Part shown: piece after piece, positions 28,631-37,248 of the stretch
Layout: the number at the start of each line of letters is the position of its first letter
How positions within the stretch are numbered: position 1 is the first letter of the stretch
Assembly (NCBI GenBank): GCA_049509475.1
Contig: JBEKZW010000005.1
Coordinates: 1 to 64,000, forward strand
From: Sedimentisphaerales bacterium
GTDB lineage: Bacteria; Planctomycetota; Phycisphaerae; Sedimentisphaerales; Anaerobacaceae
Length of the DNA stretch: 64,000 bases
Reading direction: 5' to 3'
Notes under the pieces: generated by a model
Databases searched by the model: none
Seen by the model: the letters and a program-made list of their open reading frames with translations, nothing else
What the model was told of the DNA's origin: nothing
Program-made: the position numbers and the translations under genes

Positions 28631-30435
28631 TACTTCACTGTCAATGAAGCCGGCTGGCTCGTTACGCGGCCCAATCCATTCATCACGGTGACGGTATAGG
28701 TCGCCGCATCCCTGGCGCGAACATTTTCTATTTTTAACATCGCATCCGTTGCGCCGCTGATAGCGTTACCGTTCTTGAACCATTGACAGGTCGCTGTCGG
28801 AATAGCTTCGGCCTTGACACTGAAGGTTGCTGTTTGCCCAGCCGTTGTAATTACTGCCGCCGGCTGCGACAATATTAGCGGAGCCATCGAAGGAGACCAT
28901 CCGCCAAGCACATAAGAAGGATTGCTGTAGTTGGCGATTATCTCGGCGTCTTTGTCTTTGGTCAGTTGTCTGGAGGCGGGATGCCGCCGGCTGACATCAA
29001 CCGGTTTGCCGTCGCTGATGTTGGAACTATTGTATTCCCAATAATGAATATTCGATGTGTCGGGGCCTACCGGACCCCACCCCGCGGAGCTGATGCCCGC
29101 AAGGGCGCAATTGAGCAATACTGCTTCGCAGTATGGGTAATCCTTGCCTTTGTTCGTGGGCGCACGGGCGATTTCAGTCTCGCGTGCCCCTTCAGTTTGA
29201 AACCTGCAATTGAGAAAGACATTACCGTGGTTAGCGGATGTGTTGCGTATCCACATATAGGCGCCGCCATGTGAAATGAGCTGGCAACGGTTGAGGAACG
29301 CCGGCCCGCGGCCGAGGATTATATCTCCGTCGCCTGTAATCCGGCAATCGGTCAGGTAAACCGAGCCGTTCACCTGTAAGGCATCTCCTGAGCCTTCAAT
29401 ATTAACATTGCTGACGATATTTTGCCCGCCCGCCAGAAGCAGCCCTTCGGCCTGACCTTTCGCTGTGGTTTTGACCGTGAAGTTGACGAGGTGAATCCCT
29501 TTTGAATTATCTCCCATGAACGCAGCGCGACGGGAAGGAAATGTACCCGGCATCTCGTTGGTGGCTACGTTCGACGGATGCGGATTAAAGACTTCATTAT
29601 TGGCGTAACACACAATTGTCTTGTCCCGGTCTTCGCCGAGGAATGTGATGTTCGTCTTGTTGCGGAAATAAACGATTTCCTCATATGTGCCGTTTTTGAT
29701 GAATATAGTTACGCGATTGGGATTGTTATCGGGGAGAAAATCGACCGCGCCCTGCACGGTGCTGAAATCGCCAGAGCCGTCGCCAGAGACCACGAGCCGC
29801 TGGGGATTCCCTGGAAGCGGATTTTTTTTGGTTTTGAAAGTCCATCCGGTTTTGCCTGTGATTCCGGAGAAGCTGCCGTCGCTGAGGCTCAGTACTCCGG
29901 GGTCGATCTGCACGTAATATGTCTTGTTATACTCCAGAAGATTATTGTGAGGGTATATTGTCGCCACGGTGTCATGGATGATGACAGGGTAAAAGTGAAA
30001 CGCATCGGTGAAGCCTCCGATGATCGTAAGCTGATAGTTATCCGGCGTGGCAAGCGCAGTGCCGGATGGAGTCCCCGGTTTAGTGTTGGCATTGGTGAAA
30101 CGGCCTGAGACGTATTCGTAAGGAGTCGTTGTGTAAGACACCTGGGTCCTGTCGCTGGTTGTCGGGCCTGCTGGGATGTTCATGTCCAGGACGTCAACCA
30201 GACGGTCATCTGCTGCGTCATAAATACGAATCTGTCCCGAATTGCCTAATGTCGGCTTGCCGGGGAAAATGAGCACCAGATGTGTGTCCGGATTTACTTC
30301 CTTAGCTTTGTCCGCGGGCCAACACGAAATAGTTTGGCGGAGTTCTTCTTTTTGTGCAAAAAGTAAATTGCATAAAGTAAGAAGAGCGGCGACCTTAATG
30401 GCGATATACGTGTTTCGAGTCATGGCTGTCTCCAT
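28630..30435 (-). CDS. Pectinesterase (CE8) with signal peptide and C-terminal Ig-like domain
   Basis: Pectinesterase signature FIKNGTYEE plus the beta-helix catalytic region (GDGDIILG). C-terminal I-set-like Ig domain. Confidence 0.85.
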   Translation of the reverse strand: METAMTRNTYIAIKVAALLTLCNLLFAQKEELRQTISCWPADKAKEVNPDTHLVLIFPGKPTLGNSGQIRIYDAADDRLVDVLDMNIPAGPTTSDRTQVSYTTTPYEYVSGRFTNANTKPGTPSGTALATPDNYQLTIIGGFTDAFHFYPVIIHDTVATIYPHNNLLEYNKTYYVQIDPGVLSLSDGSFSGITGKTGWTFKTKKNPLPGNPQRLVVSGDGSGDFSTVQGAVDFLPDNNPNRVTIFIKNGTYEEIVYFRNKTNITFLGEDRDKTIVCYANNEVFNPHPSNVATNEMPGTFPSRRAAFMGDNSKGIHLVNFTVKTTAKGQAEGLLLAGGQNIVSNVNIEGSGDALQVNGSVYLTDCRITGDGDIILGRGPAFLNRCQLISHGGAYMWIRNTSANHGNVFLNCRFQTEGARETEIARAPTNKGKDYPYCEAVLLNCALAGISSAGWGPVGPDTSNIHYWEYNSSNISDGKPVDVSRRHPASRQLTKDKDAEIIANYSNPSYVLGGWSPSMAPLILSQPAAVITTAGQTATFSVKAEAIPTATCQWFKNGNAISGATDAMLKIENVRARDAATYTVTVMNGLGRVTSQPASLTVK

Positions 30436-30489
30436 TTATCCTGAATTTTCCATATTAAACTATTCCTATCAGAATAGCCGAGGCAAGTT

Positions 30490-30575
30490 GAACATATCAG
30501 CGGCTGATTTTGCTCAGCAAATCTTTTCTGGCCTGGACACGGAGTTTGGCGTTTTCGTAGCGTCTTTTTTCATCA
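30490..30575. repeat. Dispersed 3'-end repeat, copy 3 (forms the C-terminal coding end of the thioesterase gene)
   Basis: Encodes the genuine C-terminal tail PETPDEKRRYENAKLRVQARKDLLSKISR of the YciA-like thioesterase. Confidence 0.75.
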
Positions 30576-31000
30576 GGTGTTTCCGGCAATATCGGCGGTA
30601 CAGGACAGGGGTGTTTATCTTTATCAAGTGCGACAAAAGTCAGATGAGCGGTCGTAGCGATAACCTGTTTGGCATCGTAAGGGTCTTCGCGAATGACGCG
30701 AACGCCGACTTCCATTGAAGTATGGCCTACATAATTAACAGAGGCCTTCAGCACAACGTGGTCGCCGACGCGAACCGGCTCTCTGAACGATAGCGAATCG
30801 ATGCTTGCCGTTACGACCTCTTTGCCGCAATGCCTCTGGGCGGCCATTGAGGCGACCATGTCAATCCAGGCCACAATCGCCCCGCCCAAAGCGGTCCCGT
30901 AAGGGTTCGCCTGATTAGGCATCAGCAGATACCTGCTCTCAACGGCGCTGTCTGATGGTTTTTTGCCTGCCATATTTTCTGCCATTTCTAAAAACTGCAA
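30497..31000 (-). CDS. Acyl-CoA thioester hydrolase, YciA/BFIT-like hotdog family
   Basis: 167 aa. The hotdog core (YLLMPNQANPYGTALGGAIVAWIDMVA) and a basic EEKRRFEE-like C-terminal tail are typical of this family. Confidence 0.8.
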   Translation of the reverse strand: MQFLEMAENMAGKKPSDSAVESRYLLMPNQANPYGTALGGAIVAWIDMVASMAAQRHCGKEVVTASIDSLSFREPVRVGDHVVLKASVNYVGHTSMEVGVRVIREDPYDAKQVIATTAHLTFVALDKDKHPCPVPPILPETPDEKRRYENAKLRVQARKDLLSKISR

Positions 31001-31009
31001 AGTTTCTTA

Positions 31010-31290
31010 GCCATAGAGTATTTTAGCCACAGATTCCACGGATTGACACAGATTTATTTTAGACGCTGATTGCGCTGGTTACGCTGTTTTTTCAGACACG
31101 GATTAACACTGCATTTGCTCGGTTTGGCGTTCTGCGGCTAAGGGTATTCTCGATGCAAGCATCTGCGATACCCTTTCGCCTTGTCCGCGAAGGCCTTTGG
31201 CCTTCATTTTTGAGCCGAGCACACGGAAGCGAAGTGACGGGCCTGCTTCAGAAATAACACGGATTTAGACGGTTGAACAAGCCCTTCGAC
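31010..31290. repeat. Cluster of short degenerate dispersed repeats (TAGCCATAGAGTATTTTAGCCACAGA; CACGGATTAACACTG units; GTTGAACAAGC...GGGAACTGCTTA)
   Basis: Units recur at 31806-31880 and 32881-32927, flanking the small RF-1-domain gene. Confidence 0.6.
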
Positions 31291-31352
31291 GGTTCGACGA
31301 CGCTCACCGTAGACATGCTCAGGGTGGGTATTGAATACGCAGCGGGAACTGC

Positions 31353-31700
31353 TTACGAGGAGGTTCTGCGTCTATTCCTGTCTTTCTGCTTTCGAATCTT
31401 TTCTATCCTTTTTGCTTCCGGGCTTTCTTGCCCAAATAGTTTATTCTCAAGCAGCTCACACATCCTTTTTCTGGCATAATAACGATTAAGTCCCTGGCTG
31501 CGGCTCTTTTGAATTTTTACTGATAATCCGCTGGGGATATGTTTCAGATGAACACAGGAGGAGCTCTTATTGACCTTCTGGCCTCCTGAACCAGCACTTT
31601 TGACAAATTTTTCTTCTATATCTTTTTCGAACAAATTGCATTTTTGCATACGTTGTTCGAGTTCTTCTTTTTTTTGTTCTGTAATTCCAAAGTTAATCAT
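31353..31700 (-). CDS. Peptidyl-tRNA hydrolase / RF-1 domain protein with GGQ motif (ArfB-like)
   Basis: 115 aa. SGGQKVNKSSSCVHLKHIPSGL matches the class I release factor GGQ domain, and the basic C-terminal tail matches ArfB-type rescue factors. Confidence 0.7.
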   Translation of the reverse strand: MINFGITEQKKEELEQRMQKCNLFEKDIEEKFVKSAGSGGQKVNKSSSCVHLKHIPSGLSVKIQKSRSQGLNRYYARKRMCELLENKLFGQESPEAKRIEKIRKQKDRNRRRTSS

Positions 31701-31805
31701 AGGTTCTCAGCGTTTCCCATAGCCCCCGCGTCTCGTTTTGCGAGGCCCGGTTCGGACCGAGTGCAAAACGGCGGGGGTTCTAACCATCACCACGCCAAGG
31801 CCGAG

Positions 31806-31880
31806 CGAAAATATTCAGACACGGATTAATACTATTTTACACTGTTGAACAAGCAATGGGAACTGCTTATAATGGCAAAA
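31806..31880. repeat. Second copy of the CACGGATTAATACT...GTTGAACAAGC...GGGAACTGCTTATA repeat
   Basis: Direct repeat of 31256-31350 on the other side of the RF-1-domain gene. Confidence 0.55.
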
Positions 31881-31939
31881 CAGGCGGTGTTTGGCGGTTT
31901 ATGCAGACTGCGTAATCATTAATAGGGATTCAATAGAAC

Positions 31940-32401
31940 ATGATAATGGCGTCTAACCTACAAATTTATCTTTCAATAGCTAAAGACTCTTTGGCAAAGT
32001 CGGATAGAATAAGTGCAGCTCAGACGAGACCTAAACCTAACGGCGAGAAAGGTTCAATTATAACCTATGATTTTAAACACAAGTCCTTCAAGCACAGTCT
32101 TGTCGCCATTGTATTCGCTGGTATTTATCTCGAAGCCTTCCTATACATCAAAGGTGTCAAACTTCTGGGTAAAGCTGCCTACGATAAAATAGATTTTAAA
32201 ACCTATGAAGAGAAGCTTAAGGTGCTGAAGATAACCGACCCTCATCTACTTGACACATGTAAACGTTTCCGCATAGCTCGTAAAGAGCTAGTGCACGACA
32301 AGCCATTTCAGCAGAGTGAGGTAAGGTTTGCACAAATTGAAGCACGCAAGGCGATAGATTTGATTGATCGCATAACTCATCTTCTAACAGACAACCCCTA
32401 A
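31940..32401 (+). CDS. Hypothetical protein (low-GC island gene)
   Basis: 153 aa ORF in a markedly AT-rich segment. One hydrophobic segment. No known domain. Confidence 0.45.
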   Translation: MIMASNLQIYLSIAKDSLAKSDRISAAQTRPKPNGEKGSIITYDFKHKSFKHSLVAIVFAGIYLEAFLYIKGVKLLGKAAYDKIDFKTYEEKLKVLKITDPHLLDTCKRFRIARKELVHDKPFQQSEVRFAQIEARKAIDLIDRITHLLTDNP

Positions 32402-32834
32402 CCAAGCGGTGCGGGAATCGTGGACACCATACTTATTTCTTCTGATATCCTCAATTTAAACTACCTGCTCTACGCTGATCCTATATCTGCTGAATTTCGA
32501 GATGACATCGGGCGATTAAAGAATCCCTTCATATGTTCATTCTGAAAAATTCACAAGAAAATTAGCCGAAAGACAAAAAGTCACAAAATTTCCTTCTTGA
32601 AGCAAACTCCTGAAAATCCTCGTTATTGGGCTGAAAAGGGGGTTTTTAGCAGTCTGCTTGTTTTGTAAATAGTTAATAATAATATATTTTCGTTTATTTA
32701 CGAATAAACACTTGACATTAGTTAAGATGGATATAAAATACGACGCCGTTGTTTGGTTAATATATAACAACAAGCGAGCAGAAGGTGAAAGGCCCATTCG
32801 ACAAAGCTCAGGGCGGGCAGCCGAAGGGGACGGA

Positions 32835-32927
32835 GTGTAGACAGCGGACAGCGTGTAGCGGGTAGCGGACAGTTTTGAGTTTAGCCATAGAGATTTTTAG
32901 CTACAGAAGTCACAGAGGACGCAGAGA
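32835..32927. repeat. Dispersed repeat copy (GACAGCGGACAG...AGCGGGTAGCGGACAGTTTTGAGTTTAG + TAGCCATAGAGATTTTTAGCTACAGA)
   Basis: Matches 22615-22670 (inside tsaB) and 31015-31050. Confidence 0.6.
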
Positions 32928-32977
32928 AATAATAAGAAGGAAAAAGCAAAAAGTGGAAAATAAGGAAGGGGAATACT

Positions 32978-33412
32978 ATGGCGAGGAGCAGGACGTTTCA
33001 GAGGATTGATGGGGGCGGAAGAGTGGAAGCAGAAACTGCGGGGAGAATCGACCTTCTGCGGAGCAGGGCGGGGCTTTTGAGGGGCAAGGACAGCGCCCTG
33101 ATGCAGATGTACCTGAACGGCTCGGGGACATTGGGCCAGATGGCGCGGCTGGCGGGCGTAAATGAGGCGAATGTTGCCAGAAGGATTCACAAATTAGTTC
33201 GCCGGCTTCTGGACGGGCAATACATCACCTGCCTGCGCAGCCGCGACAAATTCAGCGATGAGCAAATCGAAATGGCGAGGGACTATTTTGTCGACGGGCT
33301 GCCTATGAAGGAAATAGCCGACAGGCACGAAACGACGTATTACGAGGTGCGAAAAACGATGCGGAAAATTCAGCGGCTGACAACTGTAACACGGACTCAC
33401 ACGGATCATTAA
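32978..33412 (+). CDS. Small DNA-binding protein with two sigma-70 region-4 / HTH-like segments (putative island regulator)
   Basis: 144 aa. HTH-like segments LGQMARLAGVNEANVARRIHKL and LPMKEIADRHETTYYEVRKTMRKI. Confidence 0.45.
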   Translation: MARSRTFQRIDGGGRVEAETAGRIDLLRSRAGLLRGKDSALMQMYLNGSGTLGQMARLAGVNEANVARRIHKLVRRLLDGQYITCLRSRDKFSDEQIEMARDYFVDGLPMKEIADRHETTYYEVRKTMRKIQRLTTVTRTHTDH

Positions 33413-33532
33413 AGATTGCCAATTTTTGATTGTCGATTGCCGATTTAATTTCGGATTTCGGATTGTAGATTGCAGATTTTAACCACAGGTTTTACAGATT
33501 GCGCGGATAGTTTTTGGTTTTGATGAGGAAAT

Positions 33533-33562
33533 GGATTCCCGCGTTCGCGGGAATGACAAATG
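33533..33562. repeat. Hairpin repeat GGATTCCCGCGTTCGCGGGAATGACAAATG (TTGTCATT family, reverse orientation)
   Basis: Near-perfect palindrome GATTCCCGCG / CGCGGGAATC, related to 638-666. Confidence 0.55.
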
Positions 33563-33599
33563 TTAAACTTTATTTTTAGAAACTATTTGGGATTAAGCG

Positions 33600-34271
33600 A
33601 TGCGTAAATTTTCAGTGGCGAAACAATTCGAGGTGAATCCGCAAAGAAGCGAGCGTGTTACGACGGTGATGCGGATGTTCGGCGTCGGTATCGACCGGCT
33701 CAAAGACCAGCAAACGACGCACAGTTGCGAAGTCGAGGTCAAGGATGGGGACATCGTTTACATAACCGGGCCTTCCGGCGCGGGTAAAAGCGTGCTGCTT
33801 CGTGAAATGCAGGCGGCGGTGGCCGACGACGAGAAAATTATTATCGAGCAGATAGCTTTGCCTTCGGACAAAGCGGCGATTGATTGTGTGGGTGGTTCGA
33901 CAGAGCTCACCACAGGCGGGACGGGGGTTATTGGCGCATTATCGCTGCTGAGCTACGCGGGATTGAGCGACGTGTTTTGTATGCTCAATGCGCCGACGAA
34001 TCTCAGCGAGGGACAGAAATATCGCTTTCGACTGGCTTGTGCGATGGCTTCGGGCAAAAAATTTATCTTCGCAGACGAGTTTTGCAGCAACCTGGACCGC
34101 ATCACCGCGGGCGTAATCGCATACAACGTCCGCAGGTTCGCGAAACACAACGGAGTTACGTTTTTCCTCGCGTCGGCCCACGAGGACATATTGGCGGATT
34201 TGCAGCCGGATGTGCTGGTCGTAAAAAACTTCACGGGAGAGGCGGAAGTCACATATAAAAGTAAAAAGTAA
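33600..34271 (+). CDS. Standalone ABC-type ATPase (nucleotide-binding domain only, no permease partner)
   Basis: Walker A GPSGAGKS, ABC signature-like LSEGQKYR, Walker B FIFADEF, H-loop ASAHED. 223 aa with no TM domain and no adjacent permease. Confidence 0.6.
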   Translation: MRKFSVAKQFEVNPQRSERVTTVMRMFGVGIDRLKDQQTTHSCEVEVKDGDIVYITGPSGAGKSVLLREMQAAVADDEKIIIEQIALPSDKAAIDCVGGSTELTTGGTGVIGALSLLSYAGLSDVFCMLNAPTNLSEGQKYRFRLACAMASGKKFIFADEFCSNLDRITAGVIAYNVRRFAKHNGVTFFLASAHEDILADLQPDVLVVKNFTGEAEVTYKSKK

Positions 34272-34308
34272 AAGGTAAAAAGTAAAAAGGGAAGAGCAAA
34301 AAGCAAAA

Positions 34309-35049
34309 ATGGAAACATGTACCGTAACTAAAAATCTGGGAATTGTCCCCGGTACGAGGGCGGATTATGAATCGCTTTCGCATTATCATTACCGCGAAGG
34401 CCATTCGGGGCCTTGTGTGGCGATTTTCGCACTGAAGGGCAAATTCAGAACAGCGACGAAGCTCGAAACCGTTGGCGTGATTGTTTATTCGATGCCGACA
34501 GCGGGGGCGCAGATGCGAAATGTCGCGACGGGCGGAGTTTTCGCGGGGCTGGAGAGGGGCACGCAGTTGAAACTCATCAACAGGAATATCCGCACAATCA
34601 GCAGGGTGATTATCGAGCCGAGGTTTCGCTCGCTGGGGCTTGCGGTTCGATTAGTCAGAGAAACGATGTTTTTGCTCAATGTCCCCTTCGTCGAGGCGCT
34701 GGCGGTGATGGGCAGGGCGAACCCGTTTTTTGAAAAGGCGGGTATGACCCGATACGATGCACCGATTTCGGCTTCGTGCGTTCGGCTGATTGAGGCGTTC
34801 AGTGCGGTCGGCGTTGATGAGCAGGATTTGATTGACCCGGTAGTTGTGCAGCAAAAGCTCGACAAAGTCTTGTCCGACAAATCAAGTTTTATCGAAAGCG
34901 AAATGACACGATTTCTTCAAAGTTATGGCCAAAGGCGGCTGATGCAGCCCGGCATCGTTCGCACAAGATTCGTCCTCAGCAAACTCACCGACAGGCCCGT
35001 GTATTATCTTTGGAAAAACCCAAACATAGAATTGATTATTGATGATTGA
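34309..35049 (+). CDS. Hypothetical protein, possible GNAT-like acyltransferase fold
   Basis: 246 aa. IIEPRFRSLGLAVRLV resembles GNAT motif A (R/QxxGxG/A). Assignment is weak. Confidence 0.35.
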   Translation: METCTVTKNLGIVPGTRADYESLSHYHYREGHSGPCVAIFALKGKFRTATKLETVGVIVYSMPTAGAQMRNVATGGVFAGLERGTQLKLINRNIRTISRVIIEPRFRSLGLAVRLVRETMFLLNVPFVEALAVMGRANPFFEKAGMTRYDAPISASCVRLIEAFSAVGVDEQDLIDPVVVQQKLDKVLSDKSSFIESEMTRFLQSYGQRRLMQPGIVRTRFVLSKLTDRPVYYLWKNPNIELIIDD

Positions 35050-35711
35050 TTATTGGAAATTTTATGAAGCACATAACACAATCAATCGAATTGAATAAAC
35101 TTGTGGCACATCCGGATAATCCCAACGTGATGAGCGAGGCGACGTTTCGCAAGCTGGTTCGCAATATCGAGCGGACGGGGCTTTATGAGCCGATTGTCGT
35201 CAGGCCGCACCCCCAAAAACAGGACTGCTTCGAGATTATTAATGGCCATCATCGGGTAAAGGCCCTCGAATGGCTGGGGCGTAACGAGGCGGATTGCGTT
35301 GTCTGGGACGTGGACGATGAGCAGACGGCGATTTTGCTGACGACGCTAAATCGTTTGGCGGGTTCGGATACGCTCGCGAAAAAGATTGAACTGCTGAAAA
35401 AACTTACGCAGCGGATGGGGACAGCCCAGCTTGCCAAATTACTGCCTCAGACGGCCAAGCAGATTGAGCGGCTTACTAACCTGAAACTGAATAGTGTCCC
35501 TGTAAAGTTAAACGCCGAGAGTTTCGCTGTTCCGCTTGTGTTTTTTGTGACAAAGCAGCAGCAGGGGGTTATCGAGAATGCAATTGAGGCAGCAGCGTTC
35601 AGCGAACAGCGTACAGCGGACAGGACACAAACGACAAAGGCACAGCGTCGCGCCAGGGCGATTGCGGAAATAGCAGGCCAGTTTATGGAGGGTGAAAGAT
35701 GCCGGATGTAA
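35046..35711 (+). CDS. ParB-like nuclease domain protein
   Basis: ParB/Srx N-terminal domain motifs (LVAHPDNPN...EPIVVRP...IINGHHRVKA). Its ATGA start overlaps the upstream stop. Confidence 0.75.
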   Translation: MIIGNFMKHITQSIELNKLVAHPDNPNVMSEATFRKLVRNIERTGLYEPIVVRPHPQKQDCFEIINGHHRVKALEWLGRNEADCVVWDVDDEQTAILLTTLNRLAGSDTLAKKIELLKKLTQRMGTAQLAKLLPQTAKQIERLTNLKLNSVPVKLNAESFAVPLVFFVTKQQQGVIENAIEAAAFSEQRTADRTQTTKAQRRARAIAEIAGQFMEGERCRM

Positions 35712-36112
35712 AACCACTTACAAAAAAACAACTCGCAGTAATTGAGGATTTGTTTGTGGGCGAGCTTGAGGAGCAGCAGATTTTAGAAAAGCACAAAATT
35801 GACAGGCGGACTTACGATAAATGGCTGGCGGAAGAGAATTTCGCGGGGGAGTTTGACCGGCGAATTAAATCCGCACATCGGCGAGGCGAGCTGATAATCG
35901 CGAGATTCGCTAATGTGGCTGCGGCCAAACTTGTCCAGTTGACTGAATCAGAAAACCAGGAAACCTCTCGCAAGGCCTGTTTGGACGTTATAAATTATCT
36001 CCGGCAAAAAGCCGAACCCGTGTCCGACGACCAGCCTGAAGCTGAGAAATTGCCGGATTTGTCGCCGGAACTCGCAAGTCGGTTATTAGCTGCTCTGGCT
36101 GCGAGCGAATAA
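35699..36112 (+). CDS. Putative phage terminase small subunit-like protein
   Basis: 137 aa. The N-terminus (LTKKQLAVIEDLFVG...) resembles the HTH of Terminase_2-type small subunits. It overlaps the ParB-like gene by 13 bp and lies upstream of the large subunit. Confidence 0.35.
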   Translation: MPDVKPLTKKQLAVIEDLFVGELEEQQILEKHKIDRRTYDKWLAEENFAGEFDRRIKSAHRRGELIIARFANVAAAKLVQLTESENQETSRKACLDVINYLRQKAEPVSDDQPEAEKLPDLSPELASRLLAALAASE

Positions 36113-36749
36113 AAACGAAGGGAGACACTCGCTCATTTAAGGTACGCATAATTTGCCGAGCGGTCTCCCTTGTATCATCATCGCCTTCTTATTATCGCTT
36201 CTTTGAGGCTTCGTGCCTCGCGGACCCGCGGGTCCCCATCACCATCCTCCATAGAAAGTATAAGTCATATTTTTAATAATGCAAAATGGCAGTTCGCAAG
36301 GATTGATAATTGTTTATTGATTATTGATTATTACAGACGACAGGAATGTGATTGATAAGTGTTAATCATCAATAATCACTCTGTGTTTTAATGTCTTAGT
36401 GGTTACGAGGATAGTCACATAATGACTATTTAAGGGGACATTTAAAAATAAAGAAAGAGAGACGCAGGCCCGAAATATCTCGCCCTCACTTTCTTCCAAG
36501 GGGCATCGTCTCTCTTTATGAAAAGCTTTTTGGCACTAACCCCGCACCTATTTTGGAATCACCACAGGTTTCCGCACCCATCGGCACGGCAAATCCGACA
36601 TCCCAAAACAGGTGCGAGGCATTCTTCCACTTAGAATATACGTTTGATTTTTAGGGGCCCAAAATTAATGCAGCGGAAATTTTTTGAGCCGGCGGGCGAT
36701 TGCCGTTATAATCAGACGCTCGGCGAAACAGCCGGAAAGGATACGATTG

Positions 36750-37181
36750 ATGAAAATAGCTATTGGCGCAGACCAGGCAGGGTTCAAATACAAGGAAATC
36801 ATAAAGAAGTTTCTTATCGAGAAGGGGCATACCGTTGACGATTTCGGCACGGATTCGGAAAAGCCGTGCGATTACCCCGATATTATGAGGCCTGTGGCAA
36901 AGGCCGTCGCCGCGGGCAAATACGACCGAGGTATCATACTTGGCGGCTCAGGCAACGGCGAGGCGATGGTCGCCAACAGGGTCAAGGGCGTGCGATGCGC
37001 CTTGTGCTGGGATTTGCGTTCCGCCCGGCTCAGCAGGGCGCACAACGACGCGAATATACTGGCGATGGGCCAGCGTATGATTGCGATTGAGGAAGCCCTC
37101 GAAATCGTTGAGCTTTGGCTCAATACCCCCTTCGATGGCGGCCGACACCTCACCCGCATCCAGAAAATCGACGCGGAATAA
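36750..37181 (+). CDS. rpiB: Ribose-5-phosphate isomerase B (RpiB/LacAB family)
   Basis: 143 aa that matches E. coli RpiB along its whole length as recalled from memory (MKIAIGADQAGF...GILLGGSGNGEAMVANR...NDANILAMGQR...GGRH). Confidence 0.85.
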   Translation: MKIAIGADQAGFKYKEIIKKFLIEKGHTVDDFGTDSEKPCDYPDIMRPVAKAVAAGKYDRGIILGGSGNGEAMVANRVKGVRCALCWDLRSARLSRAHNDANILAMGQRMIAIEEALEIVELWLNTPFDGGRHLTRIQKIDAE

Positions 37182-37248
37182 AGCCGGGTTTAGTTAAGAT
37201 TCAAATTATAAATTTTCAATTTCCACATCTGGAATTCGGAGGCATACT

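Noticed and set aside
36750-37181. rpiB as a phage-encoded auxiliary gene of the island
   Set aside because: It matches housekeeping RpiB along its whole length and has host-like GC. More likely a chromosomal gene flanked by island fragments than cargo. Cannot be decided without comparative data.
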